A stretch of DNA of 64,000 bases, taken from Candidatus Omnitrophota bacterium (GTDB lineage: Bacteria > Omnitrophota > Gorgyraeia > JABMRN01 > RBG-13-46-9). Each line of letters begins with the position of its first letter. Position 1 is the stretch's first letter. Shown here in pieces: positions 37,447-46,597 of this stretch. The notes under the pieces are model-generated. The model had not been told where the DNA came from and did not search any database. It was given only the letters and a program-made list of their open reading frames with translations. The DNA is taken from assembly GCA_043817155.1 (NCBI GenBank), contig JBDRHE010000087.1, positions 983 through 64,982 on the forward strand, in the 5' to 3' direction. Position numbers and translations under genes: made by a program.

Positions 37447-39108
37447 ATGAATATAAGCGCGCAACTTTTCAGATTTGATAACCTGTCAATCTTTGTAGGT
37501 ATATTCATTGCCTTCTTCTCCGCGCTTACTATATTCTATTCTTTCGGATTCATGCGTAAGAGGGGCGGTCAGATCGGTTATTACCTATGTATAATTCTTA
37601 CTCTGGCAACATCGCTTGGGGCGGTCTTCTCTAACAATCTTATACTTTTTGTTGTCTTCTGGGGTTTTTTGGGATTTCTTTTATATCTTTTAATCGGGTA
37701 CGGCCAAAAAGAGAGAACGTCATATACTGCCAAGAAGGCGTTTATAATAATTGGCGGGACGGATGCTTTCATGTTGCTGGGTTTAGCATTTGTCTGGCAT
37801 ATTGCAGGATCATTCGATATGGACAAGCTGAGCATTGCTCTGGATAGCCGCCTTGCTACTTCGGCATATCTCTGCCTCGCTGTTGGCGCATTTGCCAAGG
37901 CGGGGGCAATGCCATTCCATACCTGGGTTCCGGATATGGCGGAAGACGCACCTACATCGGTTACAGCTTTCTTGCCGGCATCTTTGGACAAACTCCTAGG
38001 CATATATCTGCTTGTAAGAATTTCATTAGATATATTCGTGATGAATCAGACAATGAATACGTTTCTGCTTGCCATAGGCAGTATAACAATAGTCGCGGCT
38101 GTCATGATGGCCCTTGTGCAACATGATCTAAAGAGGCTCTTGGGGTATCATGCGGTAAGCCAGGTAGGGTACATGGTTCTTGGAATAGGCACCGGAAACC
38201 CGATAGGTATCGCAGGGGGGCTCTTCCACATGTTGAACAACGCGGTTTATAAGTCGTGCTTATTCATGTCAGGTGGGGCGATTGAAAAGAAGGCCGAGAC
38301 GACCGATCTCGGAAAGCTGGGTGGATTTGCCAGAATTATGCCCATCACCTTCGTAACCTTCTTAATTGCGTCGCTGGCGATATCAGGGGTACCGCCATTT
38401 AACGGTTTTACCTCTAAATGGATGATTTATCAGGGCATAATAGAGACAGCCAAAGGCGGAGGCCGACTCTGGGTTATATGGCTTATCGCGGCGATGTTCG
38501 GCAGCGCTCTAACGCTGGCCAGTTTTATGAAATTGATTCATACTATTTTTTTGGGACAACCGTCGAAAGAACAGAAGAGCAAAATAGAAAAAGGGGGGCG
38601 TCAGGAGACCGGGCCGACAATGTGGATACCACCCGTTATATTGGCCGCTCTGTGCGTCCTTTTTGGTGTATTTGCATTCAGAATACCGCTTAAGTTATTT
38701 ATATTACCCAGTCTGAGCATGAAGGTTCTTTTTACGGGGGTATGGAGCGCGCCGCTTGCGACAATTCTGATATTTATAGGAATAGGAGTCGGTTTTGTGG
38801 TCTACCTTTTTGGTACGGTCATTAAGACAAGATCGACCGAGCCATTTATTGGCGGCGAAATCTTGGGAGCGCATTCATCCATCCGGGTTTCCGGAACGGA
38901 ATTCTATACTTCAATACAGGATATAGGTATTTTAAGATTTATATACAATCTTGCGCAGAAGAAAGTATTTGACTTATATGAGGTTGGAACCAAGATCACA
39001 TTTGCCTTTAACAAACTTTTACGTTATCTTCATAATGGCGTGCTTTCAACGTACCTGGCATGGTGTCTTCTCGGAATGCTGATACTGTTCATTACGTTGC
39101 TTAAATAA
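37447..39108 (+). CDS. Antiporter-like subunit (NuoL/HyfB/MrpA-type)
   Basis: K...PFHTW.P..., DLKRLLGYH.VSQ.GY, G.PPFNGF.SK. Confidence 0.88.
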   Translation: MNISAQLFRFDNLSIFVGIFIAFFSALTIFYSFGFMRKRGGQIGYYLCIILTLATSLGAVFSNNLILFVVFWGFLGFLLYLLIGYGQKERTSYTAKKAFIIIGGTDAFMLLGLAFVWHIAGSFDMDKLSIALDSRLATSAYLCLAVGAFAKAGAMPFHTWVPDMAEDAPTSVTAFLPASLDKLLGIYLLVRISLDIFVMNQTMNTFLLAIGSITIVAAVMMALVQHDLKRLLGYHAVSQVGYMVLGIGTGNPIGIAGGLFHMLNNAVYKSCLFMSGGAIEKKAETTDLGKLGGFARIMPITFVTFLIASLAISGVPPFNGFTSKWMIYQGIIETAKGGGRLWVIWLIAAMFGSALTLASFMKLIHTIFLGQPSKEQKSKIEKGGRQETGPTMWIPPVILAALCVLFGVFAFRIPLKLFILPSLSMKVLFTGVWSAPLATILIFIGIGVGFVVYLFGTVIKTRSTEPFIGGEILGAHSSIRVSGTEFYTSIQDIGILRFIYNLAQKKVFDLYEVGTKITFAFNKLLRYLHNGVLSTYLAWCLLGMLILFITLLK

Positions 39109-39109
39109 G

Positions 39110-39658
39110 ATGGTTGAACTATACATATTATTAATTCTGATGATCATGGGCGCGATAATCGCCGTTGAGGTTAAGGACATGCTCTCTTCGGTTGTAGCGG
39201 TAGGAGCGGTGGGCCTCATTCTCTCAATAGCCTTTTTGATACTAAAAGCACCCGATGTTGCTATTACCCAGCTCGTTGTTGAGATATTGGCCCTCATTAT
39301 CTTAATCAGGGCAACACTTAAGAAGGATCTGCCTTTTTCAACATCCGGAAGATGGGTACTAAATACCGTAATTACTTTTGCGTTCATAGGCGTGCTGCTA
39401 CTTGTCGCGCGCAAATGTTTCGCTGACTTGCCGGAATTTGGCTATCCTATAATGAGAGTGGCGGATACCTATATAAAGGACGGGCTCTTGAAGACAGGCG
39501 CAACCAACGTTGTGTCATCCGTTATACTGGATTTCAGGGCTTTCGATACACTTGGTGAGGCGACGGTCCTGTTTACAGCAGTTATAGGTGTATTGGCTAT
39601 TGTCAGGCGTACCGGAAGAAAGACGGAAGGTCAGAAGATAGAGGAAGAGGAAGAATAA
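39110..39658 (+). CDS. Fused MbhD/MbhE-like (DUF4040 + MrpA C-terminal) subunit
   Basis: APDVAITQ..VE; N.V...I.DFRA.DT.GE. Confidence 0.85.
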   Translation: MVELYILLILMIMGAIIAVEVKDMLSSVVAVGAVGLILSIAFLILKAPDVAITQLVVEILALIILIRATLKKDLPFSTSGRWVLNTVITFAFIGVLLLVARKCFADLPEFGYPIMRVADTYIKDGLLKTGATNVVSSVILDFRAFDTLGEATVLFTAVIGVLAIVRRTGRKTEGQKIEEEEE

Positions 39659-39930
39659 TGAGCCCCGTTAGACCTCTATATTTTACATATGTTTTAGAAA
39701 GTGAGAAGACAGGTGAATTCTATACTGGTGCTACATCCGATTTAAAGAAAAGAATAGTGAAACATAATAAAGGTTTGGTTGCTTCTACAAAATGTAGAGT
39801 TCCATTATATTTAGTATATTTTGAAGCATGCTTTAACAAAGAAGATGCTTTTCGCAGAGAAAAATATCTGAAATCTGGAATGGGTAAACGATATATCAAA
39901 AATCGATTAAGAGGAGATCTAACGGGGTGA
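39658..39930 (+). CDS. GIY-YIG nuclease carried by a TIR element
   Basis: YFTYVL...FYTG.T.DL..R...H...T......LVYFE......A..RE..LK. Confidence 0.9.
   Translation: MSPVRPLYFTYVLESEKTGEFYTGATSDLKKRIVKHNKGLVASTKCRVPLYLVYFEACFNKEDAFRREKYLKSGMGKRYIKNRLRGDLTG
39663..39927 (+). mobile_element. 265-bp GIY-YIG element with 10-bp TIRs and TGAG target duplication
   Basis: CCCCGTTAGA (39663-72) / TCTAACGGGG (39918-27); TGAG at 39659-62 and 39928-31; AT-rich interior. Confidence 0.8.
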
Positions 39931-40379
39931 GCAGAGAACACGAAAAGGGAATGTCTCTTATCGTTAAGACCGTTACGAGGCTTACAGTGGGTCTCATTAT
40001 ATTGTATGGTGTATACATTGTTCTTCACGGCCACGTTTCACCGGGTGGGGGTTTTGCAGGCGGCGTCATAATAGCCCTCTCCATTGTTCATCTTATGCTT
40101 GCTTATGGCAAAGACGTTGCTCTGGCGAAGCTTTCACGGGGCGCTGCACACTTCTTTGAGAGCACAGGTGCGCTCCTTTTCCTGGTTATAGCGATACTCG
40201 GATTCACCGGCGGGTACTTCTTTCTCAATTTTATATCTAAGGGAGAGCCCTTCCACCTCTTTAGCGCCGGCATAATTCCTCTTTGCAATATAGCCATAAG
40301 CATGAAGGTTGGAGCCGGGCTCTTTGCGATCTTCATTGCGCTCGTTCTCTTAGATCTGGAATCCGGGAGAAAGTCATGA
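39927..40379 (+). CDS. MnhB/MbhF-like subunit
   Basis: GH.SPGGGFAGG. Confidence 0.9.
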   Translation: MSREHEKGMSLIVKTVTRLTVGLIILYGVYIVLHGHVSPGGGFAGGVIIALSIVHLMLAYGKDVALAKLSRGAAHFFESTGALLFLVIAILGFTGGYFFLNFISKGEPFHLFSAGIIPLCNIAISMKVGAGLFAIFIALVLLDLESGRKS

Positions 40380-40714
40380 CTTTATATTTACTCTGTTTAA
40401 CGCTCTTCTCGATAGGCATATATTGCGTATTAAGAAAACGAAACATTATAAAAATAATTGTAGGGATCATCATATCCGAGTATGCGGTCAATCTTTTCTT
40501 TATTTTAGTGGCATATCGCATAAATGGGCGGGCGCCGATATTATCCCCAGATGTAAATATAACGAACATGGTCGATCCCTTGCCACAGGCTCTGGTTTTA
40601 ACCTCCATCGTCATAGGGCTTGCGACGACAGCATTACTTATAGCAATTGCAATGCGAATTTATGAGAAATACGGTACTTTCGATATAACAAAGATAAAGG
40701 AGCTGAGAGGTTAA
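40376..40714 (+). CDS. MnhC/MbhG-like subunit
   Basis: N.IKII.G, DPLPQALVLT.IVIG. Confidence 0.9.
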   Translation: MTLYLLCLTLFSIGIYCVLRKRNIIKIIVGIIISEYAVNLFFILVAYRINGRAPILSPDVNITNMVDPLPQALVLTSIVIGLATTALLIAIAMRIYEKYGTFDITKIKELRG

Positions 40715-42216
40715 TGCAGGGCGCGAATATTTTACCACTCTTCATAATAATACCGCTTGCCGGCGCATTTCTTAACTCACTTATCGGGAAGAGAATAAAG
40801 TGGGTGCCGGACCTTTTGGGTAACGTAGCAACACTGGGCCTCTTCATTGTTTCGCTTCTGGCCGTTTGCCTGGTTAATGCGCAGGGCGTGTTGTCATATA
40901 GCGTCGGGGCATGGAAGATGCCGCTCGGTATAGCGATGGTCCTGGACGGTTTCACCGTATTCATGCTGGTTACGGTCAATCTCGTAGCATTTGCCATCTC
41001 GGTCTATTCGATAAATTACATGGAGAAGTATACCTCTAAATGGAAATTCTACACACTATTTTTATTGATGCTCGCGGGCATGAATGGAGTCGTTATAACG
41101 GGCGATATGTTCAATCTGTTTGTGTTCCTGGAGATAGCATCCGTTGCCAGTTACGCCCTGGTTGCTTTCGGAACGGAGCGCCACGAATTGGAAGCCGCGT
41201 TCAAGTATGCAGTAATGAGCAGCATAGGGTCGCTCTTTGTTCTTCTGGGAATCGTCTTCTTATACAGCCTTACATCGACACTTAATATGGCGGACATGTC
41301 AAACGTCCTGGCCCAAAAGGGAGCAAACAATATTACACTTATGGTCAGCGTTCTGTTCATAATGGGATTCGGTCTGAAAGCGGCTTTAGTTCCTTTTCAC
41401 GCATGGCTTCCGGACGCCCACCCGTCGGCACCCGCTCCGATATCCGCGATGTTGTCCGGAGTCCTCATTAAATCACTTGGTATCTACGCACTATGCAGAA
41501 TATTCTATAATGTTATAGGGATAACCCCGGCCATATCATCGGTACTGATGTTCTTAGGTACGCTCTCTATGGTCGTGGGGGTGTTCCTGGCTATAGGGCA
41601 ATGGGATCTGAAGCGGCTTTTGGCCTATCATTCGATAAGTCAGATAGGCTACGTTATTCTTGGTGTGGGGCTTGGGACACCGCTGGGCATACTTGGAGGA
41701 CTCTTCCATCTATTCAATCATTCCGTCTTCAAATCACTCTTATTTTTGAATTCCGGAGCCATCGATTACGCAACGGGCAACCGTGACTTACAGAAGATGG
41801 GTGGCTTGATGGGAAAGATGCCGGTTACAGGCTGTACAGGCTTAATAGCGTCTATGTCGATAGCCGGTGTGCCGCCCTTCAACGGCTTTTGGAGCAAGCT
41901 TATAATCATTTTAGCAGCTGTCCAGGCGGGCCGATTCGGGTATGCATTCTGGGCGGTACTCGCAAGCTTGCTTACCCTTGCATCGTTTACCAAGGTCATG
42001 AAGTACGCATTTTTCGGGAACCTCAAATCCAGGTGGACGAAGGTCAAAGAGGTGCCAATCGCAATGAAGTTATCGATGGTGTCACTGGCAATAATCTGCG
42101 TTTTAGGAGGAGTTCTTATTATCTCCTCTGTGAGTGACGTCTTCTTAAAGAGCGCAAGCGATGTGATTTCGTCCGGAACCGACTATGCGCGTTTAGTCTT
42201 TAAAAGTATACGGTAA
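40714..42216 (+). CDS. MnhD/MbhH-like antiporter subunit
   Basis: GD.FNLFVFLE, LEAAFKY, PFHAWLPDAH..AP.PISA. Confidence 0.92.
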   Translation: MQGANILPLFIIIPLAGAFLNSLIGKRIKWVPDLLGNVATLGLFIVSLLAVCLVNAQGVLSYSVGAWKMPLGIAMVLDGFTVFMLVTVNLVAFAISVYSINYMEKYTSKWKFYTLFLLMLAGMNGVVITGDMFNLFVFLEIASVASYALVAFGTERHELEAAFKYAVMSSIGSLFVLLGIVFLYSLTSTLNMADMSNVLAQKGANNITLMVSVLFIMGFGLKAALVPFHAWLPDAHPSAPAPISAMLSGVLIKSLGIYALCRIFYNVIGITPAISSVLMFLGTLSMVVGVFLAIGQWDLKRLLAYHSISQIGYVILGVGLGTPLGILGGLFHLFNHSVFKSLLFLNSGAIDYATGNRDLQKMGGLMGKMPVTGCTGLIASMSIAGVPPFNGFWSKLIIILAAVQAGRFGYAFWAVLASLLTLASFTKVMKYAFFGNLKSRWTKVKEVPIAMKLSMVSLAIICVLGGVLIISSVSDVFLKSASDVISSGTDYARLVFKSIR

Positions 42217-42217
42217 T

Positions 42218-42715
42218 ATGAAGAAGAGAATAGTTCTATTCATAACGGCTTTTATTGTATGGTGCCTATTGAATTGGGTGCCTGACATGCAACACATCTT
42301 AGTTGGTATCTTCGTATCTCTTTTTGTTGCGTATATGACAGGCGACCTCTTTGTGCAGAGACCCCATATCCTGACGCACCCCATGAGGTACCTCTATTTT
42401 ATCTTCCAATATTTACCGGTATTTCTATGGGAGATCATAAAGGCGAATATAGATGTCGCATATCGGGTTGTGCATCCCGGATTACCTATAAATCCGGGGA
42501 TCGTAAAGGTAAAGACGACCCTTAAATCTGATATTGCGCTGACATTTTTGTCTAACTCAATTACGCTTACTCCGGGAACGCTGACCGTAGACATCGATAA
42601 GGATAACGCTGTTCTCTATGTACACTGGATCGATGTCAAGGCCAAAGATGTCAATACCGCGACTAAGATAATAGTAGAACGGTTTGAAAGGATCTTGAGA
42701 AAGATTTTTGATTAG
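42218..42715 (+). CDS. MnhE/MbhA-like subunit
   Basis: ANIDVA, PGIV, NSITLTPGT. Confidence 0.92.
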   Translation: MKKRIVLFITAFIVWCLLNWVPDMQHILVGIFVSLFVAYMTGDLFVQRPHILTHPMRYLYFIFQYLPVFLWEIIKANIDVAYRVVHPGLPINPGIVKVKTTLKSDIALTFLSNSITLTPGTLTVDIDKDNAVLYVHWIDVKAKDVNTATKIIVERFERILRKIFD

Positions 42716-42733
42716 AAAAATAGGTGAGATGAA

Positions 42734-42809
42734 CCCCGTTAGAACTCTATCGGGGTGAAGAAAGTTGCGAAGATGAATAATTCTAATGGGCTTGGCAAAA
42801 CCGACGGGG
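42734..42809. mobile_element. Empty (MITE-like) relative of the GIY-YIG element at a start codon
   Basis: A-TGAA-CCCCGTTAGA-AC-TCTATCGGGG-TGAA; further degenerate right ends at 42782 and 42803 (GACGGGG-TGAA). Confidence 0.7.
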
Positions 42810-43177
42810 TGAAGGTTGTTAAGTGGCTGGTAGGGGCGGTCGTTTTAACGGGCATAGCAACTCTCATCGTATTGCGTCCCTTCCCATGCCTTATCTGTCC
42901 CGGTTTTGCGTATTCGGGATTCTTCAGCCGCGCACTCTATATAGTCATCTTAGCATCTGCGCTATGTCTCTACCGCGTGTGGAAAGGACCGACCGGAGCC
43001 GACAGGATAGTGGCTGTAGACATACTTGGAATCATGATAATAGGATTGTGCGCGGTACTTACGGTTTGTACGGGCAGGTCCTGGTATATCGATATCGGAA
43101 TTGCGTGGGCCCTGCAAAGCTTTATAAGCACGTTAGCGCTTTCCAAATATCTAGAAGGCAGAGGATTTGATGAATGA
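42809..43177 (+). CDS. MnhF/MbhB-like subunit (start GTG 42809 or 42755)
   Basis: YR..KGPT.ADR.VA.D, F..T.AL.KYL. Confidence 0.88.
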   Translation: MKVVKWLVGAVVLTGIATLIVLRPFPCLICPGFAYSGFFSRALYIVILASALCLYRVWKGPTGADRIVAVDILGIMIIGLCAVLTVCTGRSWYIDIGIAWALQSFISTLALSKYLEGRGFDE

Positions 43178-43505
43178 TATTATTGGGTTGGTATTTATTG
43201 GCATTGGGCTGGCATTCGATGTTTTCGGGTGTCTGGGTCTTGTAAGGCTTCCAGATGTGTATAATCGTCTGCAAGCTGCGACAAAGTGCGTGACACTCGG
43301 CACCTGCAGCATTCTATTCGGAACGTTTCTCATAGTTGGACTTACGGCTGCAGGAGTAAAATCGCTACTTTGCATAGTGTTTCTCATATTGACCTCTCCT
43401 GTTGCGGCACATGCGATAGCCAGGGGCGCCCACAGGGCGGGTGTCAAGCTCTGTGACGAAAGCGTGATAGATAAATATAAAGAAGATAAAGAAGGGGAAG
43501 CATAA
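43170..43505 (+). CDS. MnhG/MbhC-like subunit
   Basis: G..RLPDVYNRL.AATK..TLG, T.PV.AH. Confidence 0.92.
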   Translation: MNDIIGLVFIGIGLAFDVFGCLGLVRLPDVYNRLQAATKCVTLGTCSILFGTFLIVGLTAAGVKSLLCIVFLILTSPVAAHAIARGAHRAGVKLCDESVIDKYKEDKEGEA

Positions 43506-43613
43506 GAGGTTTCTTAAGGTTTCGGAATGTTACTTAAGGTTTCTTGAGGTTGCAACAACTTAAATGCAACATAAAGAAACTTCCCGGAACCTAAAGAAAC
43601 ATTAAGAAACATA
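43506..43613. repeat. Inverted 9-mer array
   Basis: Related to 36124-36250. Confidence 0.75.
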
Positions 43614-43621
43614 AAATATAT

Positions 43622-44233
43622 ATGAGATTACCAAAGATAAGGGAAGTTATCGAGGCGGTAAAAGCGCTTATCAAGGGCCCATATACATCGAAGTTCCCTG
43701 CGGAACCTCACGTTCCACATCCCAATTTCAGGGGTCAACCCAAGTTTAACGATAAGAGGTGTGTAGGGTGCCTGGCGTGCGAAGAGGTTTGCCCGGTAAA
43801 CGCCATAGATCATAAGGACCGGATGGATGATAAGCCGGACGCGAAGCGTATCATGATCCATTACACCGATACGTGCATTTTCTGCGGTCAATGTGAGGCC
43901 GCATGTATAGCCGATCATGAGGGCATCAAGCTTTCGAACGACTGGGAGCTCTCATTCTTCGACAGAAAAGAGGCCCAGGAGTCTATCGAAAAGAAGCTGG
44001 AGCTTTGTGAAATTTGCGGCTCGGTAATTGCCTGCAAAGACCATTTAAAGTGGATCTCTCTTAAATTGGGCGAACTTACATATTCAAGTCCTACCTTGTA
44101 CCTCTCCCGCCTTAAGAGCCTCGGAATTATAGATAATAACATCATATCCGCATTGAAAGATAACGGTCGCTCTGACAGGGTGAAGATCTTGTGTGCCCGT
44201 TGCAGAAGAGAGACTACTCTTACCACGAAATAG
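43622..44233 (+). CDS. NuoI/MbhN-like 2x[4Fe-4S] subunit with extra CxxC pair
   Basis: T.KFP, FRG.P, CVGCLACEEVCP, CIFCGQCE..C. Confidence 0.88.
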   Translation: MRLPKIREVIEAVKALIKGPYTSKFPAEPHVPHPNFRGQPKFNDKRCVGCLACEEVCPVNAIDHKDRMDDKPDAKRIMIHYTDTCIFCGQCEAACIADHEGIKLSNDWELSFFDRKEAQESIEKKLELCEICGSVIACKDHLKWISLKLGELTYSSPTLYLSRLKSLGIIDNNIISALKDNGRSDRVKILCARCRRETTLTTK

Positions 44234-44324
44234 CCTTAAGCTTTAAGCCATAAGCCTTAAATGTATCTTCTCTAACGAGCGCAGATGATGAGACTTACGG
44301 CTTATAGCTTATAGCTTACAGCTA
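44231..44324. repeat. Inverted heptamer array (TAAGC / GCTTA)
   Basis: Related array at 46502-46575. Confidence 0.75.
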
Positions 44325-44325
44325 T

Positions 44326-44817
44326 ATGAAGAAAGAATTAAAAGATATACTAAAAGGCAAGGTCGTTATCGTTGGCATCGGGAATGTTTTAAAAGGTGAT
44401 GATGGATTCGGCCCTGCGCTTATAGAGAGATTGAATACTACGGGTGTTGACGCGACCTGTATAGATGCCGGAACATCCCTGGAGAATTATTTTGGCAAGA
44501 TCGCGAAAGAGGATCCCGATGTTATCTTAATAGTTGATGCGGCTCATTTAGAGCTTAACCCGGGAGAGTGTGCCATCCTGGAATCGGAAGATATTCTGAG
44601 GAGCGGTCTCACCACGCATGATATATCGCCTAAGATGTTTATAGATTATTTGAAGGATCATACAAGAGCATCCGTATATATGCTGGGTGTTCAACCGGAG
44701 AGTATTTCACTGGGTGATGAGATGTCCGCAACCCTTGGTAGAAGTCTAGGTAATATCGCGAAAGATATGGAGGAGATACTGAATGCACGAGACACATCTG
44801 ATAGAACCCATAATTAA
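44326..44817 (+). CDS. hycI: Hydrogenase maturation protease (HycI type)
   Basis: GIGN.LKGDDGFG, IVDAA, TTH, G.QP. Confidence 0.9.
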   Translation: MKKELKDILKGKVVIVGIGNVLKGDDGFGPALIERLNTTGVDATCIDAGTSLENYFGKIAKEDPDVILIVDAAHLELNPGECAILESEDILRSGLTTHDISPKMFIDYLKDHTRASVYMLGVQPESISLGDEMSATLGRSLGNIAKDMEEILNARDTSDRTHN

Positions 44818-45025
44818 AGGAATTTCCGAACACGCGAGGAAAGAGGGCGCCAAGAGCGTATCCAGGGTGAGGCTTAAGATAGGGGAATTTACGGGTATCA
44901 AAGAAGAGTCATTCCGGGAGACTTTTAGAGTATTGGCTAAAGGTACAGTATTGGAAGGAACTAAACTCGAACTTTCGTATTTTTTAGCTTCACGGATCGA
45001 GGTAGTGTCTTTCGATATAGAGTGA
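44783..45025 (+). CDS. hypA: HypA lacking the Zn-finger domain
   Basis: N-terminal MHE, V..V.LKIGE..G, T..EG..L; no CxxC. Confidence 0.8.
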   Translation: MHETHLIEPIIKGISEHARKEGAKSVSRVRLKIGEFTGIKEESFRETFRVLAKGTVLEGTKLELSYFLASRIEVVSFDIE

Positions 45026-45057
45026 TTACACAGATTAGGGAGTGATTACACAGATGA
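45022..45057. repeat. 32-bp GATTACACAGAT doublet at the hypA/hypF junction
   Basis: GTGA-TTACACAGATTAGGGAGTGATTACACAG-ATGA. Confidence 0.75.
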
Positions 45058-46139
45058 GCAAGGGTTCGAACATACTGGCTCTCGGGGCCGATATGAAGAG
45101 CAGGTATCTGGTCGCAAGCGGCAGCAAGCTCGAGTTCGGTCCGGAGATAGGGGATCTCGGCGAGGCCAGGAACTTCGCATTCTTCAAGAGGAAAGTACAA
45201 CAGGTCGTCAAAAGGACAAAGCCGGCTATTATAACGCATGACCTGCATCCCGGTTATTTTTCCACCCGATTGGCCAGGAGAATAGGCGCCGAACATCCTG
45301 CTGCCAGTCTACTGCCGGTCCAACACCACTATGCTCACATAGCAAGCGTGATGGCCGAATTTGGATTAAAAGGACCCGCTATAGGGGTTGCGCTTGACGG
45401 AACAGGTTTGGGTACTGACGGAAATATATGGGGTGGCGAATTTATTGTGGTGAGAAACCGGAACTTCAACCGTGTGGGGCATTTCAAATATATCAGGATG
45501 CCGGGCGGGGAGAAGGTTATAAGCGAGATCTGGAGAATGGTTATTAGCATACTGGGCAGAGTCGGGTGTCCGTTCCTAAAAGATGTTGAGGAGATAGCGA
45601 AAGAGATGCTCATATCCATGATGGAGAAGGGTATCAATTCGCCGTTAACCTCAAGTGTCGGCAGGATCTTCGACGCTGCCGCGTCGCTTACAGGCGTCTG
45701 TCGGGAAGCCGCATATGAAGCGGAAGGACCGATAAAGCTCGAGAAACTATGTGATTACAAGATCAAGGAAAGTTATAATTTCACGATATCAAAAAATAAG
45801 GGCACATTTACAATCGATGTAAGGCCAATTTTTTTTGAATTGATTAAAGATCTCAAGAAAAGAACGAAGAGATCGGTTATTGCTACGAAATTCCACAATT
45901 CAATGGTTATGGCGGTCTTTAAAATGGTAAAGAAGATAACGGAAGAAACCGGGATAAAGGATGTTCTGCTCTCGGGAGGGGTGTTCCAGAACAGTTTTTT
46001 GAGAAGGAGGCTCATGGAGAAGTTGTCCAAAGCCGGGTTCAAGGTTTTTATAAATGAAAAGACGCCGGTAAATGACCATAATATAGCACTTGGGCAGTAT
46101 TATATCGCGAAGAATTATCCACAAACGAACAGTAAGTAG
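45054..46139 (+). CDS. hypF: Short HypF (Kae1-like domain only)
   Basis: HDLHPGY, VQHH.AH, DG.G.G.DG.IWGGE, TSSVGRIFDA, SGGVFQN, ND..I.LGQ. Confidence 0.85.
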   Translation: MSKGSNILALGADMKSRYLVASGSKLEFGPEIGDLGEARNFAFFKRKVQQVVKRTKPAIITHDLHPGYFSTRLARRIGAEHPAASLLPVQHHYAHIASVMAEFGLKGPAIGVALDGTGLGTDGNIWGGEFIVVRNRNFNRVGHFKYIRMPGGEKVISEIWRMVISILGRVGCPFLKDVEEIAKEMLISMMEKGINSPLTSSVGRIFDAAASLTGVCREAAYEAEGPIKLEKLCDYKIKESYNFTISKNKGTFTIDVRPIFFELIKDLKKRTKRSVIATKFHNSMVMAVFKMVKKITEETGIKDVLLSGGVFQNSFLRRRLMEKLSKAGFKVFINEKTPVNDHNIALGQYYIAKNYPQTNSK

Positions 46140-46201
46140 CGAGTAGCAAGTAGAGAGTAGAGAGAGCTTCTCGCTACTTGCTACTCTCTACTCGCCACTT
46201 A
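46130..46201. repeat. Inverted heptamer array; supplies the hypF stop codon
   Basis: Nearly identical to 15159-15231. Confidence 0.8.
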
Positions 46202-46234
46202 AAAAAATTTGTGTCTAATAGAACTAGGTAAAGT

Positions 46235-46513
46235 ATGTGTTTAGCCACACCCGCGAAGATAAAGAAAATAGAGGAGACCGTCGATAGCGGGAAGACCGCC
46301 ATTGTTGATTTCGGTGGCGTTCAAAGAAGGATCTCTCTTGGTATCCTGAATAATGCTAAAATAGGCGACTACGTTCTTGTGCACGCCGGTTTTGCGATAG
46401 GCAAGGTTAGTAAGCTTGAAGCAGAGAATACAAAAAGGGCGTTAGAGGAGCTGCGGAGAACATACGAAGGGGCGCAAATGTATGTTGAAGATATAGATAT
46501 CCATAAGCTATAA
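46235..46513 (+). CDS. hypC: Hydrogenase chaperone HypC
   Basis: MCLA.P, GDYVLVHAGFAI. Confidence 0.95.
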   Translation: MCLATPAKIKKIEETVDSGKTAIVDFGGVQRRISLGILNNAKIGDYVLVHAGFAIGKVSKLEAENTKRALEELRRTYEGAQMYVEDIDIHKL

Positions 46514-46575
46514 GCCGTAAGCTATAAGCTTAGACCGTTTTGAGCTTATAGCTTAAAACTTAAGGCTTAAAGCTT
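46502..46575. repeat. Inverted heptamer array overlapping the hypC stop
   Basis: ATAAGCT-like tandems followed by GCTTA-like tandems. Confidence 0.7.
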
Positions 46576-46597
46576 TGGTCAATTTAAGGAAATTGTT

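Noticed and set aside
34290-44233. Respiratory complex I or stand-alone Mrp antiporter
   Set aside because: The NuoD homolog keeps both Ni-binding CxxC motifs and is followed by hycI and hyp genes.
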